From the NCBI GenBank assembly GCA_964247055.1, contig OZ176053.1:5828001-5892000 (forward strand): a stretch of 64,000 bases of DNA, given 5' to 3'. Below the pieces are notes generated by a model that saw only the letters and a program-made list of their open reading frames with translations, searched no databases and had not been told where the DNA came from. The position numbers and the translations under genes were made by a program. Shown here piece by piece: positions 28,514-39,200 of the stretch (position 1 is the stretch's first letter; each line of letters starts with the position of its first letter). The DNA comes from Paragordius varius. Its lineage: Eukaryota; Animalia; Nematomorpha.

Positions 28514-28770
28514 TGTTTGCCCATAAAATTGATATAGTATGTTTGAAAAAACGGAAAAAGATAAAATAAAATCTCCTTATATATATTTCAATATATTTTT
28601 TATAAAATTGATATGATATACTTGTATTGGAACAAATGTCAATATAGATGTAATAAAAATAGATTTAAATAATTTATTTCATATATAAATTTATATATAT
28701 ATATATCAATAATATGTATTGCAGACTAATACTAAAAATATTATAAAATTTATGCGTTAATGTGTAATGA

Positions 28771-31700
28771 TTATTGTGATAAAGAATTTATCATTCGTTT
28801 AAGCAATGGATATAATTGATTATATTGTTCGAGATTTAACATAGCCACTGATTCTGTATACTTTTCAAGGATTACTTCTAACATGGTGTGGATATCTTTC
28901 AAACCTTTTTGGCACAATTCATCTAGAGCTGATATATGGTTTTCAGTCTTTATATTCTCAATTTCTAAAGAATCGTTTAAATTTTGGCTATGCACAGTAT
29001 CATCATTCATAATATCGTCATCATATAACGCCTGTTTGTAATATGAAAAAAGGGGGAAAATTTTGGGTTTTAACCAATACTTCCAGTATCCTAACATATT
29101 TTCATAACCCAAATGTTCCCATGGTAAAACTAATTTAACTGCGTTTTGGGATTGAGTTTTATGTGTTATTACATTGTCAGTAATTTTAAAACATGTCATT
29201 ACAAAATGGATAAGTGGTAAAAGTAATAAATTTGTTATTAGGGTGTAAACTTTATCATTCTTTTTGCTGTTTGTTTTAATGGCCGTCAGGAGTTCATTAA
29301 TTTTTGACTCTAACATTGGAAATAATTCAGCACATAAATCGACACTCTCAATGGATGACGTTGAATTTGACAAATCTAAGAGGTGTGTAATCGTTTGATA
29401 TACCGTTTGAAACATCCATTGCAAGGAAAATAGAGCAATTTCATTAACTGAAACATATTTTAATTTATTCATTTTTGTATTGTCTTTGATGCTTAGTAGA
29501 TTACTTATATACAAATTATTGCTGTTATTAGTATTAGCTTTGCATGATGACAAATGTTTTAATAGGGCAACATATCTATATAATCTACTATCATTGGGAC
29601 ATAAGGTTAGTTGGGAATGTAAAATATTTTGTATCACACTCATAAACGTTTGCAAATCCGTACAAATACTAGAAAAATATACGGCTAAATTAATATTTAA
29701 TTTGGTTGTGTCGGAAGATTGACAATTTGACTGGTTTTCCGGATTGCTTTTATCATTAGCATGAATGACCCTAATAATATCGTGGGATAATGAGCACGAA
29801 ATCATAAATAGGTAGGAAATCATGGAAGGCATAATACCATTATCTATAAGACTTGTGGTAACACAACTGTAAAAAGTGGCAGGATTATATCCTTGAATTG
29901 AAAATAAAAAATAACATAATTTTATACAGTATACAAAATTAATATATACTTTATTAGAATTAAATTTGAAAACCGTCGTGCAATTTGTCGCTTTTTAAAT
30001 ATATAATTATGCATTATATTAATTAATTTCATTAATTAAAAATGAAAATTTCAAAAACCGCCATAAATTAGTTAATTATCCGATGCATATATCAAAAAAC
30101 TAATACTTTGTTTAAAAATCTCGAAATCATAGAGGTTAGATGGTCGGAGATTTCTATTTTTTTCATCTATTTGATCAACATTGTTATTGTCTGTATTAGC
30201 CTCACTTTTATCCCCAGTTCCTGTAGACTTAGGCAGAAACAATGTTTGTAACGTGTTTGAAAGTCCAAAATCTAACTTGCGTCCAAACAAGGGCTCTATA
30301 AAACCTTTAACCCATGCCTTATTAAAAGTTACAAATTCCTTCATGTAAGGCGAAGCTGGTATGCTGGTATAATTAGAAAATTTAAGTGCCCGCATTGTAA
30401 GTCTTGTATCATTACTTGTATGATATATCGAGGTGAATAAGGTACCGCCATTGATGACAGTTTGACATCTTTGTTCACAAAGATCCGATAATTCATGACT
30501 TAAACAGGCTGAAAGAATGTTTTGATAAGTTAGCTCAAGGGAAGAGAATAGGGGATCAAGTAAACCTGAGCACATAAGTTTAGCTAATTGGCTGTAAAAG
30601 GTACCAAGAGCTGTGGAAAGAGAAGGCCTAAACACACATACAAAAAAACATAAAGTAAAAAAATGTAAAAAGATCGAAGAATATATGATCGATGCTATTT
30701 ATATATATAAATTATAATTATTATATATTTTTCCAATAAACCTAGATTAAATGTTTATAAAAGCTGAATATCTGCTGAATAATTTAATTTATAGAGTTAT
30801 CTGTGTACTGATTCCCACAAAAATATTTAAGACGCATTTATCCTTTTTTTAAATTATTAAATAAAAATTTAGTTAATTTGACACATAATATAAGGAGTAA
30901 AATTCAAAATATATAATGAGAAGAAAAGTAAATGGCATTTAAAGAGGAAAGATATATTAAACACCTCTATAATTTCTAACTGCCAAAAATTAGGCGTAAA
31001 TGCTCATAACTCAAATGAATAATAGTTTTCCTACGAAATTATAAATGATCATTAATAACTATAATTTATCAATTCGACCCACTATCAAAACATATACAAC
31101 ATTATGTTTAAATGCAATAAACCGTAAAATAATAATTCATAAAAAAATCTTTTCTCTACGCACTGATGGTCTCTATCATTTATTTTTACGCCTAATGCTT
31201 ATATTCTAAGCTCCTGTTTTCATTTTTTATAATACATCTCCTTTATACATATATATAAATACCATAAAAAGTTAACAAGAATGTCACAGTATTCTACATA
31301 TGTAATTTAAATATACCATTTACAATTCAAATTTACCCTCAAACAATTCAAATTCCCCCTTTAACAGTTTAAATTCACCCTCGAACAATTTAAATTCAAC
31401 CTCGAACAATTCGAATTCACCCTAAAAATAAATTATGAAATTTTGGTCTAATACAACTCATCATTAAAATTAAATATATTTTAATGGCAAAGTTTATATT
31501 ATTTTTTTTAAATAATATTTTAATAACGTACAAAATTTCTTTTTTAAAAAATATAAAAAATATAGGTAATATCAAATCTTAAAAAGCACATAATTTATTT
31601 TAGGGTGAATTTGAATTGTTTAAGGGTGAATTTTTCTAAAACTGCATTATTATGCTTTTTATCAGAGTAAAATTTGCAAAAAATAATACATACACATTTA

Positions 31701-34700
31701 ATTGATCAAATATTGGCTGAATCCTATCTTCGACATAAAAATGAAGATAATACAGACATTTGGCTATATTGGCATTGTACTTTTGGGATGTGTTGGGAAG
31801 TGTGCTAACCTATAATATAAACAAATCTAAAATTTATTTTCAATAAAAAATATAATAACTTGTAAAAATGATTTCAATGAGATTACATTTTTTAACAATT
31901 TTTTTAAACTAAAAAAAATTATATATTTTATATTAATGCCCATATATATGATTTAAACGCAGCCCGCCGTTTTTTGAGTTAAAAATGCGGCCCATGAAGC
32001 CCTTTGTGTTGGACACCCCTGATCTAAATTGTATCAAACACCGGTAATATTCAAAAATCATTTTTTATAAGTTACCAAAATTTTTATATTCCTTATCTCT
32101 GTAGGGTAAAATGTATTATTTAAACCTAGTTTAAATCGAATTTAGCGATTTTCAATATCTTAAAATAATCATCAATTACTATAATCTATTCAAGTTATGG
32201 ACATATGCTTTATACCTAAGATATAATAAGTGCAAAATACATACCTTAAATGCGTTTGGTGAGTTATCGATTGCTTCCTCACATTTAACCAAGATCATCC
32301 TAAATAAATTATTTTAACCATAAGTGTAAACGTGATACAATAAAAATTAAAATAAAGACAAACATTTTCAAAAGACAGCCATACTTTATTTTGAAAAATG
32401 TAATTGAGTAGTTACCAATATACAATTCTATCCCTTTATTTGCAATCCAAAACGATAAATTATAAATAAAAAATCAATCAAGTTTCCAAAAATATGGTTC
32501 CTTTTGAAAAAATATTTGTCTTTATTTTAAGATTTTTTCTGTTTTCGATTTTTACCGTATTTAATGTTACTTTTCTTTCGATTAATTCAAAAAGGGTGTG
32601 AAAATTAAAAAAATGTAAAAAAATATATAACGTGTTTAAGGTAGGTATTAATTAATAATTAAAATTATATTTCTACAAACGTATTTAAAAATATATTTAT
32701 ACATAATAATTATTTTACTTCAGAGCATTTATCACATTCTGTGCCACTTGTGATTGAAGAGTAGGCCTAATTTTAACAGCCAATAATTCCTTAGTCATTA
32801 TTTTAATGATATTTTCCATATCTGAAGGCTTAAAAACTATTTGTGGATTACTGCTACTGTTTGCTATGGGATTAGATTTCGATAAATTTGATGATGAAGT
32901 TTTGCTTGAAAACAAGACATTAATTGGATCAAATATCCGCGATAAATTTCTAAATTCATCGATAAAATAATTATAAAGTTAATTACAGTGGCATAAGGAA
33001 ACATGTAGGGCGTTGTAATATGTTTGTTGGTATATTCAGTAATGTTTGGAAAAAAAATAAAATTTTATAAAAAACATCAAAATTCATAAACACAATTTAA
33101 CACTTAGAGCAAATCAAGCGAAACAACAAAAAATCAATGCATCAATCAAACTATTGCAATAAGTTTCAAAACACAAAAATAAAGAATAAAACTATGAATT
33201 TATTACTTTAACAAATATCCTTTTTCGAAAGCTTGAGTAAAAGGTTCTGTAAATAGGTCCCTTAAAGCCAAGGTTAAAGGTGATTTTTGCATTGCAAATG
33301 GGTCATATAACAAGGGTTGAACGATATCGGTAAATAAATCGCTCTCCAATCCAAATCCATCATCAGTCAGAACGGAAGATAAAGAATACGAATGTGACAA
33401 TGAAAAAGTGTTTACAGAGTGGAAAAGCGCACTATCCTCGATATTCTTGATTAATTCATGGTGTGATTTCAAGAGCCTATTAGAATTATATAAAATTTTG
33501 GTATAATATTTTGGTCATATAATTGATTGGCTAAAATATCGAATAATACATAAACCGCAAAATATTTTTATGGTAATCAAGTGAAAAGGCTAAACAATCA
33601 ATTGATTTAATATTTAAGATTATTTCAAACGCGCTTTCATAAGTTAATAATTTACCGCGGATACTCATTTTCACATGTTTGTTTTAACAATGAAACATGG
33701 GCATGGTGTTGCTTTTTATTTAAAGTTATATTCCTGCTTGACTCAGTTAGGTTAGAATTAATATTTGTGTTGGGGGGAAAACGTTCATCAAGTGCCCTTT
33801 GCATAATTTGATTTAATCGATCAAATGAACTTTTGATAAAACTTAAAGGTGTTAAACTCTCATTATCCTGAAAAATCTTTTTCGAATTTTCATTATTCCC
33901 AGTATTATCATTTATATTATGCATTAAAAATATATTTTGCAGTGGAGAATTCTGGGTTGTAAAGTTTTTTTGCTCAAAATTACGTAAAAATATCGATTGG
34001 AGATGTAAAAGCCTCATAATATGAGCATAACAATGTGTGTTTAAAAGTTCGCCCCAATTTTTCCAAAAGATAATTTTGAGTTCATTCTGATATTCTGATG
34101 ACAAAGAAGAGGTTGAAGACGATGTACCCGCAAATCTTTTGCCTTTTTTGCCTGCAACCGTTTCTATAAAATTTTATTAATTTAGAAATTTAGGAGAAAC
34201 ATATATGATTTATTACTCGACTATACATTTGTCAATCTAAAACATTTTCCCAGTGAATGAAAACCTTTTACCCACTTAATCAAAACGAATTGCCAATCAA
34301 ACGAAACGGTCCAGTCGATTGAAACTTTCCAAACAATCGAAACGATTTTTCAGTCAATCGAAAATTTTCTCGTTCAATGTAACTATATTCTAGTTAAAAT
34401 TTCCCAAATAAAAAACGTCTTTAAAATTGATGATAAAGTTCAAAACATAAAAATGACTTTTAATCATTGTAATCATACTAAGATTTTTTTGACAACACGA
34501 TTATTTACTGCATTATTTTCATTATTTTTAACTCCAATGCGCAACAATTTAATGTCTTAATATAAAGAAATTAATTTTTAAGGGTAATCCATTTCCATAT
34601 AGAATGTAACCTCAAACATTTCATTTTTAAACACCTTTTCTGAGTCATACAAAAATTAGAATATCTGTTTTTGGCATAATTATGTATTCTCTGGCACCAT

Positions 34701-36101
34701 CAATGTAGTTAAATTTTAAAAATATCATAAAATTGAGATATTTTTGTTATTAGTAATGGCTTGTTTTGATAAAACATGCCTAAATATTTTTTTTAAAAAC
34801 AAATGACTTAAATAAACTTGCGCATGGGAAAAATAATGATAAATTACACCATAACCAAATTATTTTCATTAAAAATGCATTAGCTAATTATGTTGTCAAA
34901 AAATATGCTTTCTATTATGATCCCAATGATTAAAAGTTATCATGTTGTGAACTTATTGGATTTTATCAAGAAAATTTTTCGATTGACTGGATCGTTTCTA
35001 TTATTTGGAAAAATATTTTTTAGCCTCGGAAATGATATAAAATATAATTTTTTGTTCATCTGATTAATAAAAAAATTGGCATAGACGACAAAAATTGTAG
35101 GAAACGAAGATAAGATAAAATGTGCTATACTCATAACTAATTCATAATCAATTTTAAAACATATATATTTTTAACACAAAAAAATTATCAAAAAATTGAT
35201 TAAATAAATGACCTTTGTCACCAGGAGTTGATACTATTATATCTTTTATTTCAAAACATTTGTTTAAGGCATCTTCAAACTTGTGATATATGGTTTCATC
35301 CAAAAATTGTTGGAAAAAATTTGAACCGTTAAGTAAGGATAACGCTTGTAAGGATAGACTTGTGTTCAATTGATTCTGTATTTTTAGGTTTTAGCGGAAA
35401 TACTTGAGTCGCAAAACTTTCCCCCAGTGTATTCTTAGCATATGCATTAAAACTTAATTTATAATTTGTCATGCTCTCAATTATAGCTGTCATACCATCA
35501 ATTTGTAATATATTTGAATCACTTTTAATTAAAGCATCTAAGCATCATAAAATTTGACATACCGAATTCCTCAAACATTTCGGCGGCGTTTACTAATTCT
35601 AAATCATTTGGTGTACCAATTCTTTTGGATACTGCAACGTGTATGTCTTTAATTTTCTCGTAGGTTTTTGTTAGAAATGACATATTGATATCATTTTTAA
35701 GTTCATTCAAATCAGACTCCAAATTTATGTACGGTTTAACTAAAGTATCAGTTAATCTAAATATTAAATATTAGTATGACTTATTTTGAAATAGTTTAAC
35801 ATCCTTAATTTTGTTAGCCATTTGGTCTAATAAAGGTAGCGTAGCATTAAGAGTACTGTAACGATCAATGATTGTGGATAAATTATCATTTATCTATGTT
35901 TAAAGGCTAATTAATACCATAGCCTGAAGATGAGAATCGACTTCAACAATGTTCGCAGATAAAGTATTATATTTTTGTTCAAAATCACCATCATGCATAT
36001 AATTCTTTATATGATCTTCCAATAAAAAATCCTCCTTTAACAAATCTTTAAATTCTAATCATTAATATCCAATTATAACTTTCTATCAAATTTGTTTCCA
36101 T
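28771..36101 (-). CDS. COG5: Conserved oligomeric Golgi complex subunit 5, 13 exons, ~1194 aa
   Basis: Exons 36101-36080, 36054-35918, 35893-35781, 35756-35563, 35537-35404, 35375-35213, 34163-33656, 33476-33207, 32949-32719, 32299-32245, 31809-31694, 30627-30107 and 29891-28771, all phase-compatible. Matches recalled COG5 motifs in order: DLLKEDF (DFLNEDF), LVKPY (IVEPY), IFWKNW (SFWTNM), CENEYPRLL (FEGEYPKLL), LSRIFDPINVLF (LSRLFDPINLVF), SPYMKEF (SLYMKEL), LYPLL (VYPIM). Exon 1 and the exon 12 donor are less certain. Confidence 0.88.
31311..31632. mobile_element. MITE family A copy 3 (five ~21-bp subrepeats at left end, right tip eroded), in COG5 intron
   Basis: atataccatttacaattcaaatttaccctc followed by tandem aacaatt(c/t)(a/g)aattca(c/a)cct units; right arm tagggtgaatttgaattgtttaagggtgaattt. 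Confidence 0.8.
31955..32021. mobile_element. Solo right end of a hAT MITE related to the 22377-28101 element
   Basis: ...tgcggcccatgaagccctttgtgttggacacccctg shares the terminal TTTGTGTTGGACACCCCTG with 28101; no matching left end found. Confidence 0.6.
34231..35025. repeat. Degenerate inverted-repeat element with ~20-22-bp subrepeats in COG5 intron 6
   Basis: Tandem gtcaatcgaaac-like units at 34231-34400; 34971-35015 is a diverged reverse complement of 34321-34370. Confidence 0.55.
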
Positions 36102-36233
36102 AAACACGTGTAGAGAGAATATAAATGTCACATGTAATACCCTTTTCGGAGTCAAGGGATTTTAAAAAACATATGGTAATATTTGTTACTGAAGGATATG
36201 TTAAATTTGGACAATAGAAACCTGGATTTCTGC
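36102..36233. promoter_or_regulatory. Putative bidirectional promoter between COG5 and the MET-like RTK
   Basis: Only 132 bp separate the two inferred divergent ATGs. Contains CACGTG (36105-36110) and GTCACATG (36127-36134) E-box-type motifs. Function is inferred. Confidence 0.55.
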
Positions 36234-39200
36234 ATGAAGTTTATATTTATCCTTTTATCGTCTATAAATGTGATATATTCAATTAAAAAAGTTACCTTAC
36301 CAATCAAAATCGCATCATACCTTGTTTCACATGATAAAAAAAATATATGGGTTGGTACACATTCGGGACAGTTATTAAATGTGGATCCAAAAACCAATAA
36401 TTTGCAATGTTTTGACCAAAATACATTTTTATCTTGCAACACCTCCGGGAAAATTATTGAATTCAAAAATTCTATATCAACTCTGATTCAATCGCCCAAT
36501 TCTGTAAATTTTGTTTTAGCGTGTGGAAATCGTTATTTTGCCTCAGATTTTGGTTATCGTTGCACTCTTCATGACAAAAATAATATTATGTTGTTTGAGA
36601 AGTTACCTAACCAAAATAATGAAAATATTTTTTCCTCTAATCACACTTCTATGCTTTTTTATAGCAATGCTCCGAACGGTCTAAATTTAACCGAAGATAT
36701 GGTATTATTTGTTGCCAAATCATTGAGATCGGAATCTTATCAACAAAATTTAGCACAATCAATTTTTCTCTCAAGCCGAAAAGAAGTATCCGATTACGCT
36801 AAAAAGAAAAATTCGAAAACTAACACATTTTTAGAGTCTCTAGTTCACTCTTCTTTTCCCCAACTTTCTCGTAGTCAAGGATTAAAATTAAATTATACGT
36901 ACACATATAATGATGGATATTCTTTCACCGCAATGGGCCTTGCACCCAATTATGTCCCCAAAGTCGACATAAAATTTATTTACGGATTTTCTCATGAACG
37001 CTTTGTATATGCTCTTTATATGCAGGTTTTTACCACCATATAAAACAATGTTTTGCGTTAAATTTTCAAGTTTTTAGGATATTTTTGACTATCCTAGTCT
37101 TTAAACCACTAGATGTAAAACTATGTTTATAGATTTTTTTGAAAATGTGAAATATACGAAAAACTGCTGTCGTACTAATTTATTAACAAATGCAGTATGC
37201 ACATTCATATTGGCGAATTGGACGTATGAATAAAAAACAAATGTTTGATGTTAATCTATTTTTTCCTATTATGGAGAAATTTGGTTGTAAATCATGCGCT
37301 ATTGTAATACCAATTTGCCAATACTAATGTAAATTGGTCAATATAAATGTGCATACTGTGTATGTTGTTTCTTATATTGGATGATATACCATTTACAATT
37401 CAAATTCAAACCTAAACAATTCAAATTCTAAAAATAAATTATGAAATTTCGAGCTAATATAACTCATCATTAATATGAAATATATTTTTACGACATAGTT
37501 TATTATTTTTTCAACCTTATATCAATTTTAAAAATTTTATTGTATTATTAAAAAATAAAGGTAATTTTTCATTCTAAAAAACACATTTATTTTAGAATGA
37601 TTGAATTGTTTGAGGGTGAATTTGAATTGTTGAAGGGTGAATTTGAACTGTAAATGGTATAAAATTTATTCAATGCTAGAGGAGTGTTTCAGACAATCAA
37701 GGATCTCACATCTACCAAACGAGATTGATCCGAATATGTCAGGATGATTTGAGTTTTTCTTCCTACACAGAAGTACCTCTCACATGTTATTTCGGTTCTC
37801 ATCATGTTCCATACAATTTAGCTAAAACTGCTTTCTTTGGTATTTCTTCTTTTTACATGCTATTTTTCGCAAAAAAATAACATGTTGTATAACAATGGAT
37901 TTATTTTAAAACTTTTGAGATTTAATATAAAACAATGCAAAAATGTGTGTAATTTGTCAAACTGTTAAGTTATATTTTTAATGTAGGTTTTTTGAATTTT
38001 TTTGCGTCAACAATCCAATTATAGATTGGATAGTTTGAAAAAATTTATTTTTATATGTAACTCATTTTTATATAAGGTAAAGATTCCCATGGATCACATG
38101 TATTATACATTGCAATGAATACCAATTATCCAAATGTTGAAAGCTCTGAAGCAAATCTATCTTTGGGGACAGTTTTATGCATGTTTCCCATGTCTGAAAT
38201 TATGGCGGCATTCACGCAAGCCATCAAAGATTGTTACAATGGTTATGGTTTTCACATACCATGGTTAGTTGGTATCCAGGAACAATGCGTTAAAGATGTA
38301 AAAAATTTGGGAATTATATTTTAATATTGCGCTTTTATTATATTGCAAATTTATTACTTTAAAAAAAACACTAATATGTTTTAACTCCAATTAATGGCAG
38401 TTTATGTTATTAAAGGTCTCAAAAATTTCGATTATAAAATTATTGTTTTAATTATATATTGGGGTTTTATTTCCATTTATGATTTTTATTTTAAAAACAC
38501 TATTGGTCCTGGCTTCAATAAATTTTTGTTGTTAAGGTAAAAATTTTTGGTTATAAAATTATTGCTTTTTCTTAACGTTTTATTCTTTTCACTTTTTAAA
38601 TACTTAACTAAGTCCACTCTCAGCTCAAATTGTTATGGTTTTTTGAGGATGTAAAATATATAAACATTGATTTAATGACATATTATAGGTAATTTTCCAA
38701 ACTTATTTTTGTACTTTATAATCGTTTAGACTTCAGCCCAAATAAATGATAGTTTTTGTGGTTCGCCATCAAATTATCCCATACAAGCTCAAAGCGAATT
38801 ATTTGTACAAACACCGTATTATATTAAGGGTCTTACCGTCACCTCATTATCAATCCAGAACAATCATGATAAAGCGATCAACAAAATGGTTGGATTCATA
38901 GGAACGACGAATGGTCTTATTATAAAGGTTTTATCATAACTTATTTTAATCCTTAATTGCTGAATTTTTTTGTTTCTTAATTTAACATTTTGTAGAAGTT
39001 AAAGTTAAAAAGTAAATTTGCCTCTAATTATTCTGTTACCCTTAAGAGATATTTTGTCAGCAATGTGTTAAGTTTGATGGATAATAATACTCACGACTTT
39101 AAAATAATTAAATTTTTTATTCACCAAGGAAATGCAATTTAAACATCAAATCTTGGTATGCACAATGTTTATATGATATATATATTTTTATGTGAACAAA

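Noticed and set aside
38996-39155. RTK as a pseudogene or programmed frameshift because exon 5 is 160 nt with an in-frame TAA
   Set aside because: Removing one T from the T6 run at 39113-39118 restores the frame, and all other exons and catalytic motifs are intact. A homopolymer error or an alternative donor is more likely; check reads and cDNA.
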